A stretch of DNA of 64,000 nucleotides from Trueperaceae bacterium (GTDB lineage: Bacteria > Deinococcota > Deinococci > Deinococcales > Trueperaceae), in NCBI GenBank assembly GCA_965215565.1, contig CBDCDZ010000004.1, forward strand, positions 3,136,001 through 3,200,000, given 5' to 3'. The position numbers and the translations under genes were made by a program. Below the pieces are notes generated by a model. That model did no database searches, was not told the origin of the DNA, and was given only the letters and a program-made list of their open reading frames with translations. Of the stretch, positions 48,644 through 57,311 are shown one piece after another; position 1 is the first letter of the stretch; the number at the start of each line of letters is the position of its first letter.

Positions 48644-51037
48644 TCATGAATCTTCCCTACTGCTCGAGCCCGCACCCCGCATCACTAGCGGCACGCTGAG
48701 GACCGTACAGAGCAGCGTCGTCACGACTACGAGCACGACTGCCAACATCACCTGCGACACGCTGACCAAATACGACGAGGCGAAGACGCCGAACACCGCC
48801 GCGCTCGTGAGCGCCGAGTAAAGCACCGCTTTACCTACGGTTGCGTAGACTTCCGCTCGCCCTGTCCGCTCCCTGTCTCGGACCTCTAGGCCCCATACCA
48901 AATGCACCGCGTAATCCGAACCCGCGCTCACCATAAAGACAAGCGGGAAAATCAGGAAGATCGAGATATAGATGTCGAATACGGATAGGAGCGCCAGCCA
49001 CCACACCCCGGACACCGTCATAACGAGGCTCACGGTCAAGGTCGCCCGCCAACTCCTCGTGAAGAGCCACACGAGGAGAACGGCGGCGGCGAGCGCGACG
49101 AAGAAGAGCACGCGCATCCAGAAGAGGCTCGTTTGGATAAAGAGGGCGGTGAGGGTGCGGTAGCCTAAGATGTTCGTTGTGACGTTCGGCGGTCTTTGCG
49201 CAGCAGTGGCGGCGACTGCGTTCTCGAGCCCCCTCCTAAGCTCTTGTACCTCTTCAAAAGAGGTCGCCGCGCTCGGCACGACGACGAGAACGCCGGTATC
49301 GAGGGTGGGGCTCGAGACCAGTTGAATCAGCGGAGCCCAGGCGGGGCTCTCGTGCATCTCCTCGTACGCTGTTTGAACGGCTTCGGCGTCCGTGGGCGCG
49401 GCTTCCTCTAACGAACCGCCGTTTGCCAAGTAACGCCGCAACGCGGGCGCAACGCCATCTTTGAGCACCTCATAACTTCCGAGTAAACGACTCGGTCCCA
49501 CCACCGTCGTGCCTGCACCGAGTCCCGTTTCGGAGCTTCGCAACGCCGTTTCTAATGCGCGCGTATACGCTAAAAACTCAGATGTCGTGAGGTCGCCCTG
49601 GAAGATGACGAACTCGGGAAACGCGCCGCCCGTTCCCGAAGCGATCTGCTCCGTGGCGCGGACGAAGGGGTCGTCCGCGGGGTAGTTCCCCTGAATAGCG
49701 TCGGTCTGATAGGTCGTGTCGCCGAGTCCTAAGAGGGCGAGGAGGGTCAAACCCACGAGGATGGACGCGGAAAGCTGCCACCTCTTGCCGAGAAAGGTCA
49801 TGAGGTTGGCGAGGGCAGTGTTTTGGGAGGGGACGGGGGCGGGTCCCGAAGGAAGTCGTGCCTTCAGTGCAGGTAAGAGCGTAAGCGCCAACGTTAGCAG
49901 AAACACCATGCTGAGCGCCGCGAAGATGCTAAGCTCCACCATCCCTGGCACGCCCGAGAGCGTCAGTGCGCAGAGCCCCGCCACCGTAATGAGCGTCGCC
50001 ATCAAGAGTGCGACACCTGTGCGAGACGCAACCTCTTTGGCGACCTCTTGTTCGGCATCGGCTTGACCCCTTACATCTTTGTAGGCGTTCAGCACATGAA
50101 CCGCGTAGTCGATGCCGACGCCCAGCACGAGCGGAAAGAGCGTCACGTTGACGATGTTGAGCGGGACGCCCAGCCAGCCCACCGCGCCGAACGTCCAGAT
50201 GAGTGCGGTAAGGAGGAGCGCGAGCGCCGCCAATGTGTCGTTCACGCGGCGAAAGGCGAGTCCTAAAAAGGCGACGAGTAAGAGGGACGCGAGCGGCGCG
50301 AGTAAGAGTAAGTCACGGCGCAAAATCGTGTCGATGCTGCCGATACCCGAGGCGAGACCGACAGGGGTGAGGTTGTCCGTCTCTAGCACGTCGAACCTTT
50401 TGCCCTCCCAATTCGCATAGTCCTCCAACGCCTCAGCGAATTGACTGCCGACTTGCCTCGAGCCCGCCGCTAACGGGTCGCCTTCAATGACGAAGTTGAG
50501 GAGCGCTGTTTGCTCATCTTCGGATACGGTGATTTGCAGCAGTTCCTCTTGCGTCGCCGCGATACCGCGCCAGTACAGCGCGAACTCCGCTGAACTTTCC
50601 GGTAAAACAAAAGTGTCAGGCTCCGCTCCCGAAGAGGTGTAGTTCGCCAGCTTGACCCAGAGCGGCAGCCCGATGACATGACTGATTTCCGGCACGCGCT
50701 CCTGCACGAAGCTCGCCAACTCCTCCTGAGCGCGAATCGCTACTTCGTCAGTAATAGAAGAGACGCCCGCTTGCGCGGCTTTATCAGGGTCTAGCTCGAG
50801 CCTCAACAACTCCTGATTCGTAACGCTGTCCACCTCTTCGACCACGCGGTCAAAGGCTTGTACGTCTGGGTTCGAGGCGGGGAGCCAGTCGAGCAGACCT
50901 GTCTCGAAGCGGAGGTTGAACAGTCCTGCGCCCAAGAGGAGGGTGATGAGAGAGAGTAGGAGGAGGGTACGGCGGGGGTGAGCGCTTGACCTCGAGAGTA
51001 AAGAGGTGAGGAGGGGCTCGAGGGGGTGAGAGTTCAC
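48644..51037 (-). CDS. MMPL/RND family transporter
   Basis: Two repeated TM blocks with GVGIDYAVH and GSDYAVH; large extracytoplasmic loops. Confidence 0.85.
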   Translation of the reverse strand: MNSHPLEPLLTSLLSRSSAHPRRTLLLLSLITLLLGAGLFNLRFETGLLDWLPASNPDVQAFDRVVEEVDSVTNQELLRLELDPDKAAQAGVSSITDEVAIRAQEELASFVQERVPEISHVIGLPLWVKLANYTSSGAEPDTFVLPESSAEFALYWRGIAATQEELLQITVSEDEQTALLNFVIEGDPLAAGSRQVGSQFAEALEDYANWEGKRFDVLETDNLTPVGLASGIGSIDTILRRDLLLLAPLASLLLVAFLGLAFRRVNDTLAALALLLTALIWTFGAVGWLGVPLNIVNVTLFPLVLGVGIDYAVHVLNAYKDVRGQADAEQEVAKEVASRTGVALLMATLITVAGLCALTLSGVPGMVELSIFAALSMVFLLTLALTLLPALKARLPSGPAPVPSQNTALANLMTFLGKRWQLSASILVGLTLLALLGLGDTTYQTDAIQGNYPADDPFVRATEQIASGTGGAFPEFVIFQGDLTTSEFLAYTRALETALRSSETGLGAGTTVVGPSRLLGSYEVLKDGVAPALRRYLANGGSLEEAAPTDAEAVQTAYEEMHESPAWAPLIQLVSSPTLDTGVLVVVPSAATSFEEVQELRRGLENAVAATAAQRPPNVTTNILGYRTLTALFIQTSLFWMRVLFFVALAAAVLLVWLFTRSWRATLTVSLVMTVSGVWWLALLSVFDIYISIFLIFPLVFMVSAGSDYAVHLVWGLEVRDRERTGRAEVYATVGKAVLYSALTSAAVFGVFASSYLVSVSQVMLAVVLVVVTTLLCTVLSVPLVMRGAGSSSREDS

Positions 51038-51128
51038 CGTTGACCTCTTGGAAAGTGTTGCATCACTCTCAAGTGTATAGCTGTCTTCTGTTTAGAAAGT
51101 ATGTACTGCTCGTAAAGAGGCGAGAGCT

Positions 51129-51593
51129 TTACCTGCGCCCTACCAACTTCAGTAGACCGTAGAGCGATACGGGTAACACACCGTGCTCAGCTAAAAACGC
51201 TTTCATCTCCGGTGTGTGAAAGGTTTCGAAGTCGTTCGATAAAAGGAGCATCGCACCGTAACGCTCGGCGCTTTGCACCGCTGCTGCGAGGATAGGCGCG
51301 TCATCTGGGTCAACGCAGACAATCTGAGCTTGCTCGAGTAAGCTGCGTTCAGGTTCAGGAAGAATCGTGACGCCGTAGCCCTCTAAAAAGAGCTCGAGTC
51401 CTGGTAAAGCATCTGGAAAGCTACGCGCTACGACGCGGCGAACTTCGTTCGCGACAACGTCGCAAATCAAAAGCGTGAGATCGCCTGCTCTTTCCGCTTC
51501 GACAACCTCGAACGCAAGAGTTTTTTGTCCTTTAGGTAGTTTGAAACAGTGTATAGCGATAAGTGCATTTGTATCAGCGAAGATGAGGTTCAA
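51129..51593 (-). CDS. PIN-domain toxin (VapC-like)
   Basis: Motifs IFADTNAL, DPDDAPILAAA, LLSND. Confidence 0.8.
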   Translation of the reverse strand: MNLIFADTNALIAIHCFKLPKGQKTLAFEVVEAERAGDLTLLICDVVANEVRRVVARSFPDALPGLELFLEGYGVTILPEPERSLLEQAQIVCVDPDDAPILAAAVQSAERYGAMLLLSNDFETFHTPEMKAFLAEHGVLPVSLYGLLKLVGRR

Positions 51594-51599
51594 GCGCCT

Positions 51600-51896
51600 C
51601 TAAGACCTCTCGCGTTTTTGAGCTGCCAAGTGTTTACGCGCCTCTCTAGCGAGCCGCACCACGTCCTCTTCAGTTGTGCCCTGCTTTTCCAGCTCGGCAG
51701 ATATGATTTCGCTGAACTGCCTCAATGCTTCGGCGCGGCGCTCGCGAACCTCTAAGGGGTCAGGTAAACTGCGCAGGCTCTGCCGAAAGAGCATCCGCAG
51801 ATATACATCGACGCTCACGCCAAGCACTTCGGCGTCTTGGCGGGCACGCTCGAGGTCGTCTTCGGGTAAGCGGACGGTGATAGGTTTGAGGGACAT
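51600..51896 (-). CDS. Putative RHH-type antitoxin
   Basis: ITVRLPEDD...LGVSVDVYLRML; immediately upstream of the PIN gene; TGcTATACT promoter box. Confidence 0.7.
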   Translation of the reverse strand: MSLKPITVRLPEDDLERARQDAEVLGVSVDVYLRMLFRQSLRSLPDPLEVRERRAEALRQFSEIISAELEKQGTTEEDVVRLAREARKHLAAQKRERS

Positions 51897-51960
51897 GGTT
51901 AGGTGAGTATAGCAGCTTTTAGAGGCTGCTTAGCGATCACCCTCTAACCTCTTCTAATCT

Positions 51961-52374
51961 TCATTCGGAGCTACCGTCTTGCATACGCCACATGTACGGA
52001 TCAGTTGCTCGCTTAAAGCCAAACCGCTCGTAGAACGCCGCATTCGCTTCTGTACAGGCCAAGGAAACTTCTTCGACTCCACTAAGGTGCTCTCGCAGCA
52101 GCAACTCGATTAACGCCGCACCTACACCGCGTCCTCGGTACGCCTCATCTACGATGACATCTTCGACGAGCGCACGGTACGTTTCATCGCTGAGCGCCCT
52201 TGCAAAGCCGATCAGCCGACCTTTGGAGCGTGCGCTGACAAGGCAAGGGGTATGACGGAGCATACGTTCAAGTGTGTCAGGTGAGCGGTTGGTAGCCCAG
52301 TCGGACTGTTTAAGGAGGTATGCCAACTCTTCGGCAATGATCGGAGAGGTGGACGAGTACTCAATTGGGGACAC
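51961..52374 (-). CDS. GNAT family N-acetyltransferase
   Basis: Motifs LIGFAR, DVIVDEAYRGRGVG, FYERFGF. Confidence 0.9.
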   Translation of the reverse strand: MSPIEYSSTSPIIAEELAYLLKQSDWATNRSPDTLERMLRHTPCLVSARSKGRLIGFARALSDETYRALVEDVIVDEAYRGRGVGAALIELLLREHLSGVEEVSLACTEANAAFYERFGFKRATDPYMWRMQDGSSE

Positions 52375-52398
52375 AGTAAAACCTTTCTAGTACAGATA

Positions 52399-52495
52399 GC
52401 AGGTATCATCTGGTCAGCTACACTCTCACTAAGAAGAACATCGTTTCCTTCGGAAAACTTCGTAATTAGCACGCACTTCAAGTGACGATATTTGC
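52399..52495. mobile_element. MITE-like repeat family A, copy 3, carrying a 22-bp insertion
   Basis: GCAGGTATCATCTGG...GAACATCG[TTTCCTTCGGAAAACTTCGTAA]TTAGCACGCAC...GATATTTGC. Confidence 0.65.
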
Positions 52496-52571
52496 GGAAA
52501 AGTGTAGCAACGATAAGTGGAAATGCTAAGATTAGACTCTTGCTTCGCTGTGCAAAACGTCAACGCTAGGT

Positions 52572-52796
52572 TCACCCATTTTCCTCAAACCACGCCTTCG
52601 CCGCCTCTTCCGCCTCAGCAAGCGCCGCGTCCACCGTCGGGTACTCGGCTTTGCCCTGCCAAATCATGCCGCCGTGATCAATCAAACGGATAAATGCCCC
52701 CGAGCCATAATCGAAGCCAAGCTCGAGCCATCCGTCCGCCACCCAATCCGCGAGGTTTGGGTAGTGCTCTTCAAAAAGAGGTGGGATAACGCTCAA
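52572..52796 (-). CDS. Hypothetical protein (74 aa)
   Basis: Overlaps the ilvD stop; protein-like composition ([17 protein letters not shown]). Confidence 0.65.
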   Translation of the reverse strand: MSVIPPLFEEHYPNLADWVADGWLELGFDYGSGAFIRLIDHGGMIWQGKAEYPTVDAALAEAEEAAKAWFEENG

Positions 52797-54478
52797 TCTG
52801 TCACCGCCCCCTCCGACGCACTCCCCACCAACTTCGCATACTTCGCCAACACCCCACTCTTATACTTGATCGGCGGCGCTACCCAATTCTTACGGCGCTC
52901 CTCTAACTCGCTATCTTCAACATTGATCTGAATAAGGTTCTGCGCCGCGTCAATCATAATGCTGTCGCCCTCGTGAATGAGCGCAATCGGCCCGCCCACC
53001 TGCGCCTCGGGCGCGACGTGGCCGACGACGAGACCGTACGTCCCACCCGAAAAGCGTCCATCGGTGATGAGCCCGACCGAGTCGCCCAAGCCTTTACCGA
53101 TAATCGCGGACGTGGGCGAGAGCATCTCGCGCATCCCCGGACCGCCTTGCGGACCTTCATAGCGGATAATGAGCACGTCGCCCGCTTTAATGTCGTCACT
53201 CGTAATCGCGTCCATCGCGTCCTCTTCGGACTCGAAGACTCGAGCCGGCCCTGTAATCTTCGTAGACTTGAGCCCGCTAATTTTTGCCACGCACCCCTCC
53301 GGTGCGAGGTTGCCGCGTAAGATAGCGAGGTGTCCTTGAGCGTATTTGGGTTGGTCAAAGGGGAGGATGACATCTTGGTCTGCGGAGGGTTGGTTGGGGA
53401 CCTCTTCCAAATTCTCCGCTACCGTCTTGCCCGTCACCGTCATGCAGTCGCCGTGCAATAAACCTGCCTCTAAGAGCATCTTCATGACCAAAGGAATCCC
53501 GCCGACGCGGTGCAAATCCGTCGCGACGTACTTGCCTGAAGGCTTGAGGTCGGCGAAGTGCGGCACGCGCTCGCGGATGCGCTCGAAGTCGTCTAGTGAG
53601 AGTTCGACGCCCGCCGTATGTGCAATCGCTAAGAGGTGCAAGACGGCGTTGGTGGAGCCGCCGACTGCCATGATGACGCTGATGCCGTTTTCAAAGGCTT
53701 CTTTGGTGAGGATGTCGCGTGGTTTGAGGTCGTTCGCGATGAGGTCTAAGAGGACTTCGCCACTCTTCGCAGCACTGTCCGCTTTCTCTGCGTCCTCCGC
53801 CGCCATCGTCGAGGAGTAGGGAAGGCTCATCCCCATCGCTTCGAAGGCGCTCGACATGGTGTTGGCGGTGTACATGCCGCCGCACGAGCCCTTGCCGGGG
53901 CAGGCCGCACGCTCCACCGCGCAGAAGTCGCCGTACGAGATGCGCCCCGCGTTGTATTCACCCACCGCTTCAAAGGCGCTTACGATAGTGAGGTCTTGTC
54001 CTTTGTAGTGACCGGGCTTGATGGTGCCGCCGTAGACGAAAATTGCAGGAATATTGAGCCGCGCCATCGCGATCATCGCGCCGGGCATGTTCTTGTCGCA
54101 GCCGCCCACGGAGATGAGGCCGTCCATGCTCTGACCTCTACAGACTGTTTCGATGGAGTCGGCAATGACCTCTCTCGAGACCAACGAGCACTTCATCCCC
54201 TCCGTCCCCATCGAGATGCCGTCACTGATGGTGATGGTCCCGAACATCTCCGGCATCCCGCCCGCCGCGCGAATCGCCGCCATCGCCGCCTCGGAGAGTT
54301 CGCCTAACCCAGCGTTACAAGGCGTGATGTTGCTCTGACCGTTCGCGACGGCGACTATTGGCTTGTCGAAGTCCTCGTCCGTAAAGCCCACCGCCCGCAT
54401 CATGGCGCGGTTCGGCGAGCGGTTCGTGCCTTCGGTGATAGCGCGGCTGCGCCGGTTGAGTCTGGTTTTCGTCGTCAT
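52793..54478 (-). CDS. ilvD: Dihydroxy-acid dehydratase
   Basis: Motifs [46 protein letters not shown]. Confidence 0.97.
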   Translation of the reverse strand: MTTKTRLNRRSRAITEGTNRSPNRAMMRAVGFTDEDFDKPIVAVANGQSNITPCNAGLGELSEAAMAAIRAAGGMPEMFGTITISDGISMGTEGMKCSLVSREVIADSIETVCRGQSMDGLISVGGCDKNMPGAMIAMARLNIPAIFVYGGTIKPGHYKGQDLTIVSAFEAVGEYNAGRISYGDFCAVERAACPGKGSCGGMYTANTMSSAFEAMGMSLPYSSTMAAEDAEKADSAAKSGEVLLDLIANDLKPRDILTKEAFENGISVIMAVGGSTNAVLHLLAIAHTAGVELSLDDFERIRERVPHFADLKPSGKYVATDLHRVGGIPLVMKMLLEAGLLHGDCMTVTGKTVAENLEEVPNQPSADQDVILPFDQPKYAQGHLAILRGNLAPEGCVAKISGLKSTKITGPARVFESEEDAMDAITSDDIKAGDVLIIRYEGPQGGPGMREMLSPTSAIIGKGLGDSVGLITDGRFSGGTYGLVVGHVAPEAQVGGPIALIHEGDSIMIDAAQNLIQINVEDSELEERRKNWVAPPIKYKSGVLAKYAKLVGSASEGAVTD

Positions 54479-54525
54479 GCGTAAACCTCCGAGTAAGGGG
54501 TATTGTACCGTGCGAGAAAGAGCAA

Positions 54526-54590
54526 GTCAGCGTTTCAGCGAGTCAGGTGGTCAGGAAAAACCTGAAATGCTGACAAGCTGAAGCGCTGAC
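54526..54590. repeat. Long imperfect inverted repeat built from TCAG/CTGA units
   Basis: GTCAGCGTTTCAGCGAGTCAGGTGGTCAGG-AAAAA-CCTGAAATGCTGACAAGCTGAAGCGCTGAC. Confidence 0.6.
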
Positions 54591-54691
54591 ATAGGTTAGA
54601 GCAAAGCTCAAAGCTTACGAAGTTTCCCTCCGGGAACTATGTGCTTCACCTACGCTGAAATGCTTTATCCTGAGACTATGCGTTCAGAAGC

Positions 54692-54748
54692 TTATTTGCA
54701 GAGTTGTTCACGGCGTTATCCACAAGGTTATCCACAGGACTGCTCACA
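54692..54748 (+). promoter_or_regulatory. DnaA-box cluster with 12-bp periodicity
   Basis: Perfect TTATCCACA at 54716 and 54728; degenerate boxes at 54692, 54704 and 54740. Confidence 0.65.
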
Positions 54749-54892
54749 GTGAAGCAAACACAATCCAACCGCATCGCTGCCGGGCTTTTCTTGCTTGTCG
54801 GCGTCGTTTACGCGCTCCTCAACAGCGTCGCTGTCGGCGCAATTTTCATCGTTATCGGCGGGGTGCTTTTCGCGCTCAGCTTTCGCTCTTAA
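54749..54892 (+). CDS. Small two-TM membrane protein (47 aa)
   Basis: GTG start; MKQTQSNRIAAGLFLLVGVVYALLNSVAVGAIFIVIGGVLFALSFRS; start uncertain. Confidence 0.55.
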   Translation: MKQTQSNRIAAGLFLLVGVVYALLNSVAVGAIFIVIGGVLFALSFRS

Positions 54893-54979
54893 CCTAAGTG
54901 GGGAGTTATAAACCTGCTACTACGCTTCACCTAGCAACCTCTTGTAGAGCAATTATTACAACTACTGAGCTTGGATCAC

Positions 54980-55055
54980 GCAGATATCATCACCGAATGT
55001 GCGTGCTGAACGATGTTCTACCTTGTGAGATTGGCTCAAACTAGATGATACCTGC
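54980..55055. mobile_element. MITE-like repeat family A, copy 4 (reverse orientation)
   Basis: GCAGATATCATC...GATGATACCTGC followed by TATAG; 76 bp; overlaps the last codons of the CSP-DUF1294 gene. Confidence 0.65.
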
Positions 55056-55587
55056 TATAGAGCATGTAAAGACCGATTTGTAAAGCGACGCTTAGAACGA
55101 ACCACAACTGAAACGCTGACTTGCGAGTTTTGTGCCTGAGAAGGTACTGACCCACGAAGGCGGCGGGCGTGCCCCCGAGCAAGCCGAGCAGGTGTAAAAC
55201 CTTTTCCGGCACACGCAACTGCGCGCGACTCGAGGCGCTCTTGTCGTACACATAGAGTACGAATGTGCCCGCGTTGACGCCGAGCAGATAAGCCCAGGGC
55301 AGCGACAATCCTAAGCCTAACGAAGCGCCTAACCCTACGAGCAAAGCGGTCAGCGCAGCCGTCCGTAAAAATCTCACCGTTGGCAGCCTCTTAGCACGGC
55401 TCAGCCGAACTTTCACAGCGCGGTCTCCTTTGGGCGTTGTTCGGAGCGTGAAATCGACGGATTGACCTACACGCAACACGTGTTGACCCTTCACATCGCC
55501 TATGTGGACGAATACGTCCGCTCGGCCTTTGGGACGAACGAAGCCGAAGCCGCGTTCCGCATCGAATTTTACGACGACACCTTTCAT
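55036..55587 (-). CDS. Cold-shock domain + DUF1294 membrane protein
   Basis: CSD motifs RGFGFV and DVFVHI; DUF1294 motifs YDK..RVPEKVLH..GG.P and LRHKTRK. Confidence 0.9.
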   Translation of the reverse strand: MKGVVVKFDAERGFGFVRPKGRADVFVHIGDVKGQHVLRVGQSVDFTLRTTPKGDRAVKVRLSRAKRLPTVRFLRTAALTALLVGLGASLGLGLSLPWAYLLGVNAGTFVLYVYDKSASSRAQLRVPEKVLHLLGLLGGTPAAFVGQYLLRHKTRKSAFQLWFVLSVALQIGLYMLYSRYHLV

Positions 55588-55590
55588 ATA

Positions 55591-55666
55591 GCAGATATCA
55601 TCTGGTTTAGGACATCCCCACCGTTCGAAGCGCCGTCTAACACGCACGTTCGACGATGATGCCTGC
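55591..55666. mobile_element. MITE-like repeat family A, copy 5
   Basis: TATA then GCAGATATCATCTGG...CACGCAC...GATGATGCCTGC; 76 bp; 3 nt from the CSP start codon. Confidence 0.65.
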
Positions 55667-55940
55667 ACTCATCTGTCTCAATATGTTCTGGAACTGCTAA
55701 TACCTGAAACCTCATACCTAAAGTCACTGTAACGCGCTGCGCTTTGCCGCGAGAGCTTAACGGAAATGAGGTGTCAGAATTTTGTAAGAGGGTGAGGGCT
55801 ATATTGAGTCTCGAGCAGCGCCGAGCATCGCGCATCACAACGTCTTACTGGCGCTGCTCACTCCTCTCTCCCACCCTCGCCTTATCAGCGAGGGTTAATT
55901 TTTGGCGTTGCAAACGGTCTGTTGTATGCTTGGAATCTTG

Positions 55941-57041
55941 ATGACCGACTACGTGGCAGCGTTTGACGATTCTGGTGGAATTGAACCTCTTGTCAAGTGG
56001 GGTGGCGAGTTTGTTCCGGGCGATCATCCTATTACCGTTTTGGCTTTTGCACTCGTCAGGTCAGACCTCTTACCCGCTTTCGATGAGGATTGGCTCGAGC
56101 TTAGACATGACATTAAGATGGCTTTAGGTTCTGAGCAGCTTCCGCCTATTCACCTTAGACTGATGTATGGGCGAACTTTGCCTAAAAAATATCGTGGTCA
56201 GCGCAATCCTTATTTGGATGCAGACTTTCAGCAGGTGCAGGAGTGGCTCGAGCGGGCTTTGAAAATCGCTCGCAAGGTAAGTTTTGAAAGGCGAGGTCTC
56301 GCGCATTACTCAGGCTTTAGAAGCCGTGAAGACTACAAACCAAGTATTAACAGCTATTTTGCCGATCCATACCTTATAGCTGAAATGAAATTTCTCAAGG
56401 AGAACAGCTACGGAGCACGAAAAAACATGGCGCTACGCTACCTTAAAAAGGCGTGGAGGCCGCTTCTCCATCTCTTGGTAGATTATTTACCGTTGTTGAA
56501 CGAAATGATGAGCTACATAGGAAATAAAACAGTTTCGCTCAAGATTGATCCCTTTCCCGACGCTCAAGGCGTAGACGAATTAGAAGTGTTCGACGCGATT
56601 AACCGTGTTAGTCAACTCACCCAGATAACAGAAATTGAGCGTGTCGAGGATGGAGACAACGTGCAGATTGCGCAGCTAGCGGACCTCTTCGCTTTCATAA
56701 GATTTAGAGCCGAGATGGGTAAAAGAGGCGCTATCCAGCCTGATTTGGTTCTCAAAAAAATGTCTGAGCGTAGTAGACCTAAAGATTTCATTACTGCTGA
56801 CCCTCTGCACCTTGTTAGGAGAAGAGTCGGAGACTTTAGGACACTGACTGTTCCCGTTCATTATGCCGTCGCCCGACGTGTCATTGAAGAAGCCGACTCT
56901 GAATTCGCTGATACATATCTCGTTACTGTAGATGAATTCAAAAAGAGAGTTAAAAGTGCCTTAGAGACCTCTCCTACAGGTCTTTCTATTCTGAAAGACC
57001 CAAGCCTATGCAAGCATTTGATTGAAGTGGAAGGCTCCTAA
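55941..57041 (+). CDS. DUF3800 family protein (predicted RNase H-like nuclease) with C-terminal extension
   Basis: N-terminal FDDSG, central IH, C-terminal QLAD; AT-richer than the host genes; TATGCT box just upstream. Confidence 0.72.
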   Translation: MTDYVAAFDDSGGIEPLVKWGGEFVPGDHPITVLAFALVRSDLLPAFDEDWLELRHDIKMALGSEQLPPIHLRLMYGRTLPKKYRGQRNPYLDADFQQVQEWLERALKIARKVSFERRGLAHYSGFRSREDYKPSINSYFADPYLIAEMKFLKENSYGARKNMALRYLKKAWRPLLHLLVDYLPLLNEMMSYIGNKTVSLKIDPFPDAQGVDELEVFDAINRVSQLTQITEIERVEDGDNVQIAQLADLFAFIRFRAEMGKRGAIQPDLVLKKMSERSRPKDFITADPLHLVRRRVGDFRTLTVPVHYAVARRVIEEADSEFADTYLVTVDEFKKRVKSALETSPTGLSILKDPSLCKHLIEVEGS

Positions 57042-57042
57042 A

Positions 57043-57077
57043 TGGCGAAGACCCCGGATGAACCGGGGCCCCGTTAT
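57043..57077 (-). ncRNA. Candidate DUF3800-associated small hairpin RNA ending in CCA
   Basis: Minus strand reads AUAACGGGGCCCCGG-UUCAU-CCGGGGUCUUCGCCA, downstream of a canonical promoter. Confidence 0.5.
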
Positions 57078-57083
57078 GAATTT

Positions 57084-57112
57084 AGATTAAGCCACTATAC
57101 TCAAATTGTCAA
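57084..57112 (-). promoter_or_regulatory. Sigma70-type promoter facing the 3' end of the DUF3800 gene
   Basis: TTGACA (57112-57107), 17-nt spacer, TAATCT (57089-57084). Confidence 0.65.
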
Positions 57113-57311
57113 GCAAAACTAAACAGATGAAGTGCTCAGCTAGTTCTCTCAAAAATTTGCTCCTCACGCTAGGTATGGTATCCTTTCTCACAAGCCTAAA
57201 GCGTGGTCACTGCGTTTCGGGTGGTGCATGACGAGGATGTACCAAACGTGACGCCTCTATATCTTCACAAGAGTGACTAAGAGTAGCTAGGTCATGTGAA
57301 AGGATAGGCGA

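Noticed and set aside
54692..54748. Chromosomal oriC
   Set aside because: No dnaA or dnaN nearby, only two perfect boxes, and no clear AT-rich unwinding element.
57130..57310. c-di-AMP riboswitch upstream of proV
   Set aside because: The conserved ydaO motifs are absent.
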